DNA of 64,000 nt from an uncultured Rhodoferax sp. (GCA_963925275.1 CAWUSQ010000001.1:1886-65885); one strand, 5' to 3'; positions 31,215 through 42,382 are shown, numbered from the stretch's first letter. Program-made: numbers and translations. The notes: generated by a model not told the origin, from the sequence alone.

Positions 31215-32654
31215 TCACTGCGGCACGATGAACGTTGACTGCTCGCTCACACGCCCGGATCCATCCATCGATTCAATGTCAAAATGAATTTGATGTACCC
31301 CTGCAGTGATGGCGTCTGGTAGGCCTTGCACCCTGACCGGTAAGGTTTGCGCCTGGGTGGCCTGGACCGTCACGGTGTCCTGCGAGGTGATCGACAAGCC
31401 AGCCAAACCACCGACCCTGATACGGTAGCGCTGATCGGCTTCTGTCGCATTCATGATTTGAAGCCGGTAAACATTTTCAACCCGCCCCGCACCCACCACA
31501 CGCGCCATGACACCGCGGTCACGCTCCACATCCACCCTGAACGGTGTGCGCAGCGCCAAACTGGCCACCATGGCGCTCATCAGGCACAACAAAACCGCTG
31601 TGTAAAGCAAAACCCGTGGCCGCAAGACCCTTTTCCACGTCTGTGCAGAAGACCACTGCTTGTTGATCGCATTTTCGGTTGAGAACTTCACCAAGCCTGG
31701 CGCATAACCCACTTTGTTCATCACCGTGTCACACACGTCTGCACAGGCCCCACATTGAATGCACTCGTACTGCAGCCCTTGGCGAATATCGATCCCGGTG
31801 GGGCAAACCTGCACACACAAACTGCAGTCCACACAGGCCCCGAGGTTCAAGCTGGCTGCATTGGCTTGGCGCGAGCGTGCACCTCGAGGCTCGCCTCGCT
31901 GGGCATCGTACGTGACGATCAAGGTATCTTTGTCGAACATGGCGCTTTGAAACCGCGCATACGGACACATGTGTTTACAGACCAGTTCACGTAAAAATCC
32001 CGCATTGCCGTAGGTGGCGAGGCCGTAAAAAACAGACCAGAAAATCTCCCAAGAGCTCAAATTGAGCGACATAACGGCCTGCGCCAGCTGCCTGATGGGT
32101 GTGAAGTAAGCGACGAATGTGAAACCCGTCCACAAGCCAACGACCAGCCAGGTGCCGTGTTTACCGGATTTGCGCCAGAGCTTGTCCATTGAAAATCCTT
32201 GTGCGTCACGCCGCATGCGCGCGGAGCGATCGCCCTCAAAGCGCCGCTCAATCCACAAAAATATTTCGGTGTACACCGTCTGTGGACAGGCAAAGCCGCA
32301 CCACAAACGTCCTGCCACTGCGGTAAACAAAAACAAGGACAGGGCCGAAATCACCAACAAGCCGGTCAAGTAAATGAAGTCCTGTGGATAGAGAACCAGG
32401 TCGAAAATGTAAAAGCGCCGCGTGCTCAGATCAAAGAGAACAGAGGGCCGTTGGCCCCAGGTCAGCCAGGGTAAGCCATAAAAAACAAGTTGGGTCAGCC
32501 ACACCATGAACCAGCGCCAATTTGCAAAGTAACCTTTAACACTGCGCGGGTAAATTTTGCTTTGCTCATCAACCATGAACCTATCAGCGCCAGCGTCTGG
32601 CGCAGCGCTGATCGGAATGGTTTTGGATGGGGTTTTAGCGCGAGAGGCTTGCAC
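31215..32654 (-). CDS. ccoG: cytochrome c oxidase accessory protein CcoG/FixG (4Fe-4S ferredoxin-type)
   Basis: KIYPRSVKG..ANWRW, CPQTVYTE, CKHMCPYARFQ, CVDCSLCVQVCP and CIQCGACADVC. The start is uncertain: GTG at 32654, ATG at 32576, or ORF-track 32801. Confidence 0.8.
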   Translation of the reverse strand: MQASRAKTPSKTIPISAAPDAGADRFMVDEQSKIYPRSVKGYFANWRWFMVWLTQLVFYGLPWLTWGQRPSVLFDLSTRRFYIFDLVLYPQDFIYLTGLLVISALSLFLFTAVAGRLWCGFACPQTVYTEIFLWIERRFEGDRSARMRRDAQGFSMDKLWRKSGKHGTWLVVGLWTGFTFVAYFTPIRQLAQAVMSLNLSSWEIFWSVFYGLATYGNAGFLRELVCKHMCPYARFQSAMFDKDTLIVTYDAQRGEPRGARSRQANAASLNLGACVDCSLCVQVCPTGIDIRQGLQYECIQCGACADVCDTVMNKVGYAPGLVKFSTENAINKQWSSAQTWKRVLRPRVLLYTAVLLCLMSAMVASLALRTPFRVDVERDRGVMARVVGAGRVENVYRLQIMNATEADQRYRIRVGGLAGLSITSQDTVTVQATQAQTLPVRVQGLPDAITAGVHQIHFDIESMDGSGRVSEQSTFIVPQ

Positions 32655-32836
32655 GGTGCGGAACCCTAGCAAAAACGCACACTGTACCAAGGTGCGTTCA
32701 GCGAGCTGAATGGTTTGTTTGAATTGAGGTGCCAGCGCATTGGGCTTGGCAGTCCAAACAAGCTTGCCCGCGCAGGGCGCGCCTGCTTGGGCAAGTTGCA
32801 CGACAAACCAGACGCCAGCTTGTCGCGCCTAGGGCA

Positions 32837-33418
32837 TCAAGCGAAATTCGCTTCGGCAAAAGACCAGTTCACCAACTTATCCAGGAAGGTTTCCACAAAC
32901 TTGGGGCGCATGTTACGGTAATCGATGTAGTAAGCGTGCTCCCAGACATCCACACACAACAAGGCTTTATCGCCGGTGGTCAGCGGGGTGCCAGCGGCGC
33001 CCATGTTGACGATGTCAACTGAGCCGTCAGCCTTTTTCACCAGCCACGTCCAGCCCGAGCCAAAATTACCGACAGCTGATTTCACAAAAGCCTCACGGAA
33101 CGCGGCATAGCTTCCCCATTTGGCGTTGATGGCGGCAGCCAAGGCGCCCGTAGGCTCTGCACCACCGTTGGGTTTCATGCAGTTCCAGAAAAACGTGTGA
33201 TTCCAGATCTGAGCGGCATTGTTGTAGACGCCACCACTGGATTTTTTAACGATCTCCTCCAGCGCCATGGACTCAAACTCAGTGCCTTTTTGCAGGTTGT
33301 TCAGGTTCACAACATAAGCATTGTGGTGTTTGCCGTGGTGAAATTCCAGCGTCTCTTTGGAGTAATGGGGCGCCAGTGCATCGATGGCATAAGGCAGGTT
33401 GGGCAGAGTGTGTTCCAT
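32837..33418 (-). CDS. sodB: Fe superoxide dismutase
   Basis: 193 aa with LPYA.DAL.P.....L.FHH.KHH and DVWEHAYY. Confidence 0.95.
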   Translation of the reverse strand: MEHTLPNLPYAIDALAPHYSKETLEFHHGKHHNAYVVNLNNLQKGTEFESMALEEIVKKSSGGVYNNAAQIWNHTFFWNCMKPNGGAEPTGALAAAINAKWGSYAAFREAFVKSAVGNFGSGWTWLVKKADGSVDIVNMGAAGTPLTTGDKALLCVDVWEHAYYIDYRNMRPKFVETFLDKLVNWSFAEANFA

Positions 33419-33462
33419 GGTGTCCTCGTTAAGGTGTTGTAAAACTCAAATTGTAAAAACAT

Positions 33463-34797
33463 TCAAGTCGAGTCGGTATTGACCGTCAAATCAACCGCAC
33501 CGTCATGAAGGATAGCTTTCAGACGCTGCCCCGCGTGGGTCTGGCCGGCGCGCGTCACCGCCTGACCCTGCGCGTCGCTTAGCCAGGCATAACCCCGTTC
33601 GAGCACCAGGTGGGGATCCAACAGTGACAAACTCAAGCCTGCCAGCTCAAGGCGGTTTTGGCGTTGCAGCAGCGCACGCTCAAGCGCCAAGGGCAAGGCC
33701 TGACCAAGGCGCTCAAGCACTTGGCGCTGACGCGTCTGATGTTGTTGCAATGCGCGCTGCAGTGCGTGTGCATGTTGGCTGAGCAACAGACGTTGGTCCG
33801 ACAAACGCTGCGACGGCCGACCCAAGCGCTGCTGAACCGTATCCAAACGCTGGCCCTGGCGATCCAAACAGCGCGTTGCCCCATCGGTGATACGCCGTTG
33901 CAGCGCGTCCAGCGCGTCCAGACAAGTCTGGCGGGGTGGTGCCACCAGTTCCGCCGCCGCAGTCGGGGTTGGCGCGCGCACATCGGCCACAAAGTCAACG
34001 ATCGTGAAATCGGTCTCATGACCCACACCAGCGAGCACGGGCACTGGGCTTTGTGCCAGAACACGTGCCAGTTGTTCATCATTGAAGGCCCACAAATCTT
34101 CAAGAGAACCACCACCACGCACCACCAAAATCACCTCTACGATCGCTTCAGCATTGGCCACAGCAGGCTGCGCCAACGCGTACAGGCCATGCAAAGCCTG
34201 CACCATTTCACGCGGCGCCTGCGCCCCCTGAACCGACGCCGGCGCCAGGACCACTGTGAGGTGGGGTGCACGGCGCTTCAAGGTGGTCAATACATCGTGC
34301 AAAGCCGCCGCCTGCAGCGAGGTCACAAGCCCGATGACCCTGGGCATCGCCGGCAATAGCCGTTTACGACTGGGGTCAAAAAGGCCTTCGAACTCCAGCT
34401 TGGCTTTGAGCTTTAAAAACTGCTCAAACAACTGACCTTGACCGGCTTGGCGCATCTCTTCAACCACCAACTGCAAATCACCCCGCGGCTCATAAACCGT
34501 CAAGCGGCCCAGCAGCTCCACCGTGTCACCATCTCTAGGCTGAAACAACAGCATCGTTGCGGCACGCTTGAACATGGCGCAACGCAACTGGCCTTTCTCG
34601 TCCTTCAGCGTGAAATAACAGTGGCCACTGGATGCCAAGGCAAAACCTGACACCTCGCCGCGCACGCTGATTGGGTTAAAGCGCGCCTGTAACTGATCAC
34701 TGATGGCCCGGCACAAAGCGCCAACGGCCCAAACAGGCCCCGCTATGGCAGCTTTCGCGTCCTCAAGCACGACACGAATCCCACAGAAAAACCGCAT
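33463..34797 (-). CDS. xseA: exodeoxyribonuclease VII large subunit
   Basis: OB-fold N-terminus (VRGEVSGF...GHCYFTLKD...RCAMF), catalytic core and coiled C-terminus. Start set to the ATG at 34797; uncertain. Confidence 0.88.
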   Translation of the reverse strand: MRFFCGIRVVLEDAKAAIAGPVWAVGALCRAISDQLQARFNPISVRGEVSGFALASSGHCYFTLKDEKGQLRCAMFKRAATMLLFQPRDGDTVELLGRLTVYEPRGDLQLVVEEMRQAGQGQLFEQFLKLKAKLEFEGLFDPSRKRLLPAMPRVIGLVTSLQAAALHDVLTTLKRRAPHLTVVLAPASVQGAQAPREMVQALHGLYALAQPAVANAEAIVEVILVVRGGGSLEDLWAFNDEQLARVLAQSPVPVLAGVGHETDFTIVDFVADVRAPTPTAAAELVAPPRQTCLDALDALQRRITDGATRCLDRQGQRLDTVQQRLGRPSQRLSDQRLLLSQHAHALQRALQQHQTRQRQVLERLGQALPLALERALLQRQNRLELAGLSLSLLDPHLVLERGYAWLSDAQGQAVTRAGQTHAGQRLKAILHDGAVDLTVNTDST

Positions 34798-34982
34798 GGC
34801 AGGACTTCTCAATGGCAAGTACTCCACAGTTCCATGGAAACACCCCATCCACAAAAGCGATAGCAAGAGGCCACGTAAATTGGTTATAACTCATTGATTT
34901 ATATCGTTATTTTTTTCAACACTCAACACCTAACTAGTGAAAACCCTTATTCCGCGCCCCCGTTGACTCGAAAAACATCAGG

Positions 34983-35003
34983 TTCTCCACAAAGTTATCC
35001 ACA
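34983..35003 (+). promoter_or_regulatory. two tandem DnaA-box-like 9-mers (TTCTCCACA, TTATCCACA)
   Basis: TTATCCACA at 34995-35003 matches the consensus perfectly. TTCTCCACA at 34983-34991 has one mismatch, in the same orientation with a 3-bp gap. Function is unproven. Confidence 0.4.
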
Positions 35004-35107
35004 GACTGACCAGCGGCGTACATCAAAGCCTTTTAAGCTTTAACCAACGCCCACGCCCGAGCCTAAGCCATAATCCTCCACACACCATTGACCTGCGGAG
35101 TGCGCTC

Positions 35108-35734
35108 TTGTTTTCCATCATACAAGCGGCTGGATGGCCAATTTGGCCACTGATTGTCAGTTCTATTTTGGCGCTGGCGTTGATCATCGAACGCTTTATC
35201 AGCCTTCAAACTGCCAAAGTTGCGCCCGTGCGTTTGCTCGACGAAGTACTGATTTTGTCTCGCAACAACGTACCTGACAAGGACGTCATCGTTCAACTAC
35301 ACAACCACTCAGCCTTGGGAGAGGTCCTGGCCAGCGGCCTGCGTACGCTGAGCCAAAATCCGCTCAGCTCGGATGAAGACGTTCGCGCCACCATGGAGAG
35401 TTCCGGCCGACTGGCTGCGCACCGACTCGAGCGCTATCTGGGCGCTTTGGCCACAATCGCATCGGCTGCACCCTTAATGGGCTTATTCGGAACCGTCGTC
35501 GGCATGATTGAAATTTTCGGTTCGCAGGCACCTACTGCGGTTGCCGGCGGCAACCCAGCGCAATTAGCGCATGGTATTTCAGTCGCCTTGTACAACACCG
35601 CATTTGGCTTGATCATCGCCATTCCATCACTGATTTTCTGGCGCTATTTCCGCGCCCGAGTCGACGCTTACCTGTTAACCATGGAAATGGCCGCTGACCG
35701 CCTTGCCAAGCACCTCAGCACCCTGCGAAAGTAG
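35108..35734 (+). CDS. exbB: MotA/TolQ/ExbB proton-channel family protein
   Basis: 208 aa with GWPIWPL..SI.ALA.IIER and the conserved LGLFGTV.GMI motif. TTG start. Confidence 0.88.
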   Translation: MFSIIQAAGWPIWPLIVSSILALALIIERFISLQTAKVAPVRLLDEVLILSRNNVPDKDVIVQLHNHSALGEVLASGLRTLSQNPLSSDEDVRATMESSGRLAAHRLERYLGALATIASAAPLMGLFGTVVGMIEIFGSQAPTAVAGGNPAQLAHGISVALYNTAFGLIIAIPSLIFWRYFRARVDAYLLTMEMAADRLAKHLSTLRK

Positions 35735-35740
35735 CTCCCA

Positions 35741-36178
35741 ATGGCCATGAACTTTCGCACACGTGACAAGGAACCACCCGAAATCAACCTCATTCCGTTC
35801 ATTGACGTGCTGCTGGTGATTTTGATTTTCTTAATTCTGTCGACAACCTACAACAAATTCACTGAGTTACAGGTCAACCTCCCGCTGGCCGATGCCCAGG
35901 CCCAGCAAGAACGTCCAAAAGAAGTCCTGGTGGGCATCGACCGCGCCGGAAACTACAGCGTCAACCGCGTGCGCTTTGCAAGAACGGACGCCGCCTCGCT
36001 GGCAACAGCCCTGCAAGCTGCCACCAAAGAAGATGGCGCAGAAGCAATCGTGGTGATTCATGCCGATGCCAGCGCGCGCCACCAAGCCGTGATAACGGTC
36101 ATGGAAGCAGCGCGTCGGGTTGGTCTGACCCACATCAGTTTTTCAGCCCAAACACCAGGCTCTGCGCAGTCACGGTAA
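35741..36178 (+). CDS. exbD: ExbD/TolR biopolymer transport protein
   Basis: 145 aa with INLIPFIDVLLVILIFL. Confidence 0.88.
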   Translation: MAMNFRTRDKEPPEINLIPFIDVLLVILIFLILSTTYNKFTELQVNLPLADAQAQQERPKEVLVGIDRAGNYSVNRVRFARTDAASLATALQAATKEDGAEAIVVIHADASARHQAVITVMEAARRVGLTHISFSAQTPGSAQSR

Positions 36179-36181
36179 ACC

Positions 36182-37246
36182 ATGTCTGACCATCACGGCA
36201 CGCCAAGCTGGCAGCGCCACTTGCTCATAGCCTGGCAAGCACGCAATGCCCTGTCCTACCTGCTGTGGCCCATCTCGCAGCTCTACAAAGCACTGGTGAG
36301 CGCTCGCTTTTGGCTTTACCGCAGCGGTTTTCTGAAATCCATGCGTCTAGCCGTACCCGTGGTGGTCGTGGGCAACGTGGTAGCGGGCGGCTCCGGCAAG
36401 ACACCGGTTGTGATCGCCTTGGTTCAACACCTCCAAAATCTTGGCATCCGAGTTGCTGTGGTCTCGCGCGGCTATGGTCGAACCTCCAGGACTTGCCTGG
36501 AAGTGACCCACGCCAGCAGCGCCAACGAGGTTGGAGACGAACCGCTGTTGATTCACCGGCGCACCGGCGCAGCCGTCTGCGTCGCAGCCTCGCGCACCCA
36601 AGCGGCCCAAAGCCTTTTGGCAAAGCACCCGGATATTCAAATCATCATCAGCGATGACGGCCTGCAACACCTGCGCTTGCACCGAGATGTAGAAATTGGT
36701 GTCTTTGACGACCGCGGTGTTGGCAACGGCTGGTTGCTTCCAGCCGGCCCACTCAGAGAACCTTGGCCGCGCCCGCTGGACCTGGTTCTCAACACCGGCG
36801 AGGTGCCGCGCTTGGCAGGCTTCAAAGCGCAGCGCACGTTGGCCAAACAGGCCATCACCATCAAAGGGGAAGTTGTCGAGCTGCAGCGACTGGCAAGCCG
36901 CGTCAACGCCAAGCCGCTCATGGCTGTCGCAGCCATCGGTCAACCCGCACAATTTTTCGACATGCTGGCCCAACAGGGCCTGCACCTGGCACAAACCCTG
37001 GCCTTGCCCGATCACGATGATTTCCAGCGTTGGTCGGGTGCCGCGGCCAAGGGCCACTTGCTGCTGTGCACTGAAAAAGACGCTGTCAAGCTGTGGGCCT
37101 TCGAGCCAGAGGCGCTGGCAGTTCCCCTGATGTGCACCCTGCCCGAGGCTTTTTACCAGTTATTTTCGCAACGGATCAACCTGCGCTGTCCCAGCGCCTC
37201 GGTGGCAGCAACGCTATCATCCGCCCATGGACACACGACTACTTGA
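36182..37246 (+). CDS. lpxK: tetraacyldisaccharide 4'-kinase
   Basis: 354 aa with P-loop [13 protein letters not shown] and SRGYG. Confidence 0.92.
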   Translation: MSDHHGTPSWQRHLLIAWQARNALSYLLWPISQLYKALVSARFWLYRSGFLKSMRLAVPVVVVGNVVAGGSGKTPVVIALVQHLQNLGIRVAVVSRGYGRTSRTCLEVTHASSANEVGDEPLLIHRRTGAAVCVAASRTQAAQSLLAKHPDIQIIISDDGLQHLRLHRDVEIGVFDDRGVGNGWLLPAGPLREPWPRPLDLVLNTGEVPRLAGFKAQRTLAKQAITIKGEVVELQRLASRVNAKPLMAVAAIGQPAQFFDMLAQQGLHLAQTLALPDHDDFQRWSGAAAKGHLLLCTEKDAVKLWAFEPEALAVPLMCTLPEAFYQLFSQRINLRCPSASVAATLSSAHGHTTT

Positions 37247-37409
37247 ATTACTGATCTGCCCGATCACAAAAGGACCGCTGCGCTACAACCAGGAAACCCA
37301 GGAGCTGGTCTCACGCAGCGCCCGATTGGCTTATCCGGTGCGCGACGGCATTCCCCTGCTGCTTGAGAAAGAGGCGCGCACGCTCACTGACGAGGAACTC
37401 GAAGCGTGA
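37227..37409 (+). CDS. Trm112/YcaR family protein
   Basis: 60 aa with [14 protein letters not shown]...[11 protein letters not shown]. Confidence 0.85.
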   Translation: MDTRLLELLICPITKGPLRYNQETQELVSRSARLAYPVRDGIPLLLEKEARTLTDEELEA

Positions 37410-38158
37410 GCTTCACAGTACTGATTCCAGCCCGCCTGGCATCAACCCGCCTACCCAACAAGCCCTTGGCCGACATTGCGGGGGTGCCCATGGTGGTGCG
37501 GGTGGCGCAGCGCGTCATGCAGGGATTGGATTTGGATGGAACACGCGTAGTGGTTGCCGCCGACAACGCTGACATCGTTCTGGCCTGTCAGGCGCACGGC
37601 GTGCGTGCGCTCCTGACCCGCGTCGACCACGCCTCAGGCAGTGACCGCTTGGCTGAGACCTGCAGCTTACTTGGACTACCCGAAGATCACATCGTAGTCA
37701 ATGTTCAAGGTGACGAACCGCTGATCGACACCGAATTGGTGCGAAATGTGGCCAACCTGCTGGTGCAAACACCCGCAGCCAGCATGAGCACAGCCGCGCA
37801 CCCGATTGCCTTGCTGACTGAATTTCACAACCCGAACGTGGTCAAAGTGGTACTGGATGCTCAGCAACTGGCGCTTTATTTCAGCCGGGCTGCGATTCCA
37901 TTTCAGCGCGACGCAGCTCAGGAATTACCCGACCCAGCGCCGCTTCGGCACATTGGCATTTATGCCTACCGCGTGGGCTTTTTGCGCCAGTTTCCGCTTT
38001 TGCAACAAGCTCCGACTGAGTTGACCGAGTCTCTTGAGCAGCTTCGCGCCATGTGGCATGGCCACCGCATCGTGGTGCACGTGAGTGCAAGCGCACCTGG
38101 CCCAGGCGTGGACACGCCCGATGATCTGGAACGCGTGCGCCGTCTCTTTGGGAGCTAA
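37406..38158 (+). CDS. kdsB: 3-deoxy-manno-octulosonate cytidylyltransferase
   Basis: 250 aa with [15 protein letters not shown] and NVQGDEP. GTG start overlaps the upstream stop (GTGA). Confidence 0.93.
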   Translation: MSFTVLIPARLASTRLPNKPLADIAGVPMVVRVAQRVMQGLDLDGTRVVVAADNADIVLACQAHGVRALLTRVDHASGSDRLAETCSLLGLPEDHIVVNVQGDEPLIDTELVRNVANLLVQTPAASMSTAAHPIALLTEFHNPNVVKVVLDAQQLALYFSRAAIPFQRDAAQELPDPAPLRHIGIYAYRVGFLRQFPLLQQAPTELTESLEQLRAMWHGHRIVVHVSASAPGPGVDTPDDLERVRRLFGS

Positions 38159-38259
38159 GGGCCGGCCGACTCGGGGAGGCACGCCCGTGCTATCCTCCGC
38201 CGCAATTCGCTAGTTGGCGTCAGCCCTGCTGGACATTAGCCAACCGTATCCAAAATTGA

Positions 38260-38934
<675 letters not shown>

Positions 38935-38955
38935 ACGCTGCCAGTCAAAAAATCG

Positions 38956-39951
38956 TTAGCCATCCAGCATCAAGGCCAGCATCAAAGCGATGCGGGCTTT
39001 GCAGGATGACAAGCCACAGGCAATAGCGAACGCATTGCGTCCACTGGACAGTACACGTCCGTTGCTGCAACGGCTGACGCGCATGATACGCACCCCATTA
39101 TGTTGGGCCGTTTCAAGCGCTTGTGTCAAATCATGGTGCACGGTACCGTTACCCGTGCCAGCCACCACCAAACCTTTCACAGCGGCGACGCCTGGCAGCG
39201 CCAGCATCAGCGCCTGCACCATGCCTGCGCCGGCACCAGCGTAATTCATCACCACCTCGACACGCGGCCACTCGGTCTGCGCCAGGACGCGCTCATAAGT
39301 GGCATCAGTTTGCGCTTTGGCCGCCCGGGGCCAAGGTCGCAACACGCGCAACTGACCCTCTTCCACAAACGCCAAAGGACCACTGTCGCCTGAACTGAAG
39401 GCATCGAGCCGGTAGGTGTGTACTTTCTGTACATCCAAAGCGCTGTGCACGGTGCCGGCACACACCGCGACAACACCGTGCGCCTGTGCTTGCATGGCTA
39501 CTGCCACAGCATCCAAGAGGTTTTGTGGTCCATCAGGCGACTGGCTCGACGCTGGGCGCATGGCACAGGTCAGTACCACGGGCTTTTGGCTGAGTAAATC
39601 GCAGGGCAACAGGCTGTGCAGAAAATAAGCCGTCTCCTCCAAGGTATCGGTACCGTGGGTGATGACCAATCCCTGGACAGCGGGATCTGCCAAATGGCAG
39701 GCAACACGCGCGGCCAAGGCCCGCCATATCGAAAAGCTCATGTCTTTGCTGTCTACCTGCGCCACTTGCTCGCTGTGCAGCTCGAGGCCCTGTAAAGCCC
39801 GCTCAAGGCCCGGTACAGCGTCCAGTAACTGGGCCACACCGACCTGGGCTGCGGCATAACCCACGTTGTCGCTGGCATCAGCAGCACTGCCCGCAATCGT
39901 GCCCCCAGTTCCCAGGACGATCAACTTTTTTGCAACAAATTGAGAAACCAC
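38956..39951 (-). CDS. L-asparaginase (type I-like, cytoplasmic size)
   Basis: 331 aa with LGTGGTIAG and ITHGTDTLEETA. Confidence 0.85.
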   Translation of the reverse strand: MVSQFVAKKLIVLGTGGTIAGSAADASDNVGYAAAQVGVAQLLDAVPGLERALQGLELHSEQVAQVDSKDMSFSIWRALAARVACHLADPAVQGLVITHGTDTLEETAYFLHSLLPCDLLSQKPVVLTCAMRPASSQSPDGPQNLLDAVAVAMQAQAHGVVAVCAGTVHSALDVQKVHTYRLDAFSSGDSGPLAFVEEGQLRVLRPWPRAAKAQTDATYERVLAQTEWPRVEVVMNYAGAGAGMVQALMLALPGVAAVKGLVVAGTGNGTVHHDLTQALETAQHNGVRIMRVSRCSNGRVLSSGRNAFAIACGLSSCKARIALMLALMLDG

Positions 39952-39968
39952 TTGTCAACTTTCAAAAA

Positions 39969-40003
39969 CTGGTTAAAAATACAGTTACTGGATAAAACAA
40001 CAG
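39969..40003 (+). promoter_or_regulatory. two SOS (LexA) boxes upstream of lexA
   Basis: CTGGTTAAAAATACAG (39969-39984) and CTGGATAAAACAACAG (39988-40003) both fit CTG-N10-CAG / CTGT-N8-ACAG with one mismatch. Box 1 overlaps a candidate -10 paired with TTGTCA at 39952. Confidence 0.8.
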
Positions 40004-40052
40004 TAACCAAAACCGCGTTGCCTCTAAGCCAACGCCATTAACAGGAGTCACC

Positions 40053-40727
40053 ATGTTAAGCAGACCCAAACTGACAGACCGCCAGCAGCAGATCCTTGAT
40101 CTTATCCAGAGTGCCATCGCCAAAACCGGTGCACCCCCCACCCGCGCTGAAATCGCCTCCGAGCTGGGTTTCAAGTCCGCTAATGCTGCGGAGGAGCATT
40201 TGCAGGCACTGGCACGCAAAGGAGCCATTGAGTTGGTCAGTGGCACATCTCGCGGCATCCGACTGCGTGGCGACACGCTTCGCTCCATCAACGCGTCACG
40301 CGGTCAACAGTTCAGCCTCAACATTCCCAGCCTTGCGCAGTTGACGCTGCCCCTGATCGGGCGTGTGGCCGCCGGCTCGCCCATTTTGGCGCAAGAGCAC
40401 GTCGACCAAACCTATTGCCTAGAAAGCAGTCTGTTCCAACACAAACCAGACTATTTGCTCAAAGTACGTGGCATGTCCATGCGCGACGCCGGCATCATGG
40501 ACGGCGACCTGCTGGCCGTGCAAAGTACCCGCGATGCCAAAAACGGGCAAATCGTGGTTGCCCGCCTGGGTGACGAGGTCACGGTCAAGCGCTTCATGCG
40601 CAACAAAGACCTGATAGAACTGCACCCAGAAAACCCAGACTACCAAACCATTGTGGTCGAGCCCGGTGAGCCCTTTGAGATTGAGGGCTTGGCCGTTGGT
40701 CTGATCCGCAACACCATGTTGATGTGA
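40053..40727 (+). CDS. lexA: SOS transcriptional repressor LexA
   Basis: 224 aa with wHTH N-terminus LT.RQQ.ILD.I, cleavage region VAAG and S24 peptidase G.SM....I.DGDL..V. Confidence 0.96.
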   Translation: MLSRPKLTDRQQQILDLIQSAIAKTGAPPTRAEIASELGFKSANAAEEHLQALARKGAIELVSGTSRGIRLRGDTLRSINASRGQQFSLNIPSLAQLTLPLIGRVAAGSPILAQEHVDQTYCLESSLFQHKPDYLLKVRGMSMRDAGIMDGDLLAVQSTRDAKNGQIVVARLGDEVTVKRFMRNKDLIELHPENPDYQTIVVEPGEPFEIEGLAVGLIRNTMLM

Positions 40728-40777
40728 AGCGTAAGCCCCCTGCGCCCCACTGCCCAATCCATTGCCAGCGAACCACC

Positions 40778-41125
40778 ATGAACACCTACGCCTTGAACCA
40801 CACGTCTGCACTGAAAATGAGTACCGCCATCAAGTCCTTTTGGCAATGGCTACTGACCGCTCCCGCTGACAACATCAACCCGATTCGCATGCCAGCGCCC
40901 ACCGCTTACAAGCGGACCCTGCCGTCTTCGCAAACGCGCAAACCCCATACCCGTGTGCTGGCCCGCTCGACCTTGGCATCAGGCTCTCAACGGCCACTGC
41001 GTGTCTTGCGGGTGTTGGAGTCTGGCTCGCCTGCCAACAGCGGGCGTCTTCGCATCTCTGGGCGCATGGCCGATGTGTGTGCAGAGCTCGATCGCCTGGC
41101 CTCGATGGAAGCCCGTTTGCACTGA
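40778..41125 (+). CDS. hypothetical protein immediately downstream of lexA (start uncertain: GTG 40724, ATG 40778 or ATG 40817)
   Basis: The open frame begins at a GTG overlapping the lexA TGA. By hand count, GC3 is ~70% (coding-like). No Shine-Dalgarno at any candidate start and no recognisable family. Confidence 0.45.
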   Translation: MNTYALNHTSALKMSTAIKSFWQWLLTAPADNINPIRMPAPTAYKRTLPSSQTRKPHTRVLARSTLASGSQRPLRVLRVLESGSPANSGRLRISGRMADVCAELDRLASMEARLH

Positions 41126-41313
41126 GCCGTGCGTCACGCAACACTGGCCCGTCGTCCGGCCAAGCCAAGCGCCTTCACCTGAGGGCGGTCAAAGCTGCCA
41201 GCGCTTGAGTCAACCGACCAGGCTTGGTCACGCAATGAGCCCGGCGTCAAGTGTGTCAGCCGAGGACAACAGAGGTGAAAAAATCAGCGCCTTATCAAGG
41301 CACAATGTCAGTC

Positions 41314-42321
41314 ATGAACATTGTGATACTTGATGACTATCAGGATGCGGTTCGCAAGCTGGCCTGCGCCGCCAAACTCGAACCTTATCAAGCCCGGGTT
41401 TACACCAACACCATCAAAGGGCTTGGGGCGCTCACCGTGCGTCTGAAGGACGCGGACGTGATCGTCCTCAACAGGGAACGCACGCACCTGACACGTGCCC
41501 TGATCGAAAAACTTCCCAAACTCAAACTGGTGGCACAGACCGGGCGCGTTGGCGAGCATGTGGACGTTGCCGCATGTACTGAGCGTGGTGTGGCGGTTGC
41601 AGAGGGCACTGGCTCGCCCTACGCGCCGGCCGAATTAACCTGGGCCCTGCTGATGGCCGCGGCCAAACGCCTGCCCCATTACATCAGCCACCTCAAACAT
41701 GGCGCCTGGCAGCAATCGGGCCTCAAAGCCGGCAGCATGCCGCCCAACTTCTGTTTGGGAACAAGCCTCAAAGATCGCACCTTGGGCATCTGGGGCTACG
41801 GCAAAATTGGGCAACTCGTTGCCGGCTATGGCAAAGCATTTGGTATGCGGGTCGTGGTGTGGGGGCGTGACGCCTCACGCGAACGCGCCCAACTCGACGG
41901 CTACGAGACCGCTGTCAGCCGTGAGGCTTTGTTTGAAGAATCAGATTTTTTATCTTTGCACCTGCGCCTGGTCGAAAACACCTATGGGCTGATCACCTTG
42001 GAAGACTTGTCGCGCATGAAACCCACAGCGACACTGATCAACATCTCAAGGGCAGAACTCATCGAGCCTGATGCCCTGCTCAGTGCCCTGAACCGTTGTC
42101 GACCGGGTATGGCCGCAATCGACGTCTACGATTCCGAGCCGATCTTGCAGGGCCATGCGCTGTTGCGCCTTGAAAACTGCATTTGCACGCCGCACATTGG
42201 TTATGTGGAGCTGAGCAACTATGAAACCTATTTCGATGCCGCTTTTGAGAACGTGGTGAACTTCATAAAAGGCCGTCCCACCAACATTGTTAACCCCGGC
42301 GCGCTGCAAGTCAGACGTTAG
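41314..42321 (+). CDS. D-isomer-specific 2-hydroxyacid dehydrogenase family, NAD-binding
   Basis: GIWGYGKIGQ Rossmann motif and catalytic CTPHIGY. Start trimmed to MNIVILDD at 41314. Confidence 0.8.
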   Translation: MNIVILDDYQDAVRKLACAAKLEPYQARVYTNTIKGLGALTVRLKDADVIVLNRERTHLTRALIEKLPKLKLVAQTGRVGEHVDVAACTERGVAVAEGTGSPYAPAELTWALLMAAAKRLPHYISHLKHGAWQQSGLKAGSMPPNFCLGTSLKDRTLGIWGYGKIGQLVAGYGKAFGMRVVVWGRDASRERAQLDGYETAVSREALFEESDFLSLHLRLVENTYGLITLEDLSRMKPTATLINISRAELIEPDALLSALNRCRPGMAAIDVYDSEPILQGHALLRLENCICTPHIGYVELSNYETYFDAAFENVVNFIKGRPTNIVNPGALQVRR

Positions 42322-42382
42322 ATCAGACACCAAAGCAGCAGGCTGTGCTGGATGTGATGCTTGTCCACAATGACCGCACCAG

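Noticed and set aside
34880-35085. Calling the DnaA-box/AT-rich region the chromosomal origin
   Set aside because: It has only two good boxes and no DnaA-trio or 13-mer arrays that I can identify. No dnaA, dnaN, gidA, parAB or rpmH genes are in the window. It is reported only as a possible DnaA-binding site.
42361-42369. Isolated one-mismatch DnaA-like 9-mers (TTGTCCACA here; also near 25254 and 32384)
   Set aside because: Roughly a dozen such one-mismatch matches are expected by chance in 64 kb on both strands.
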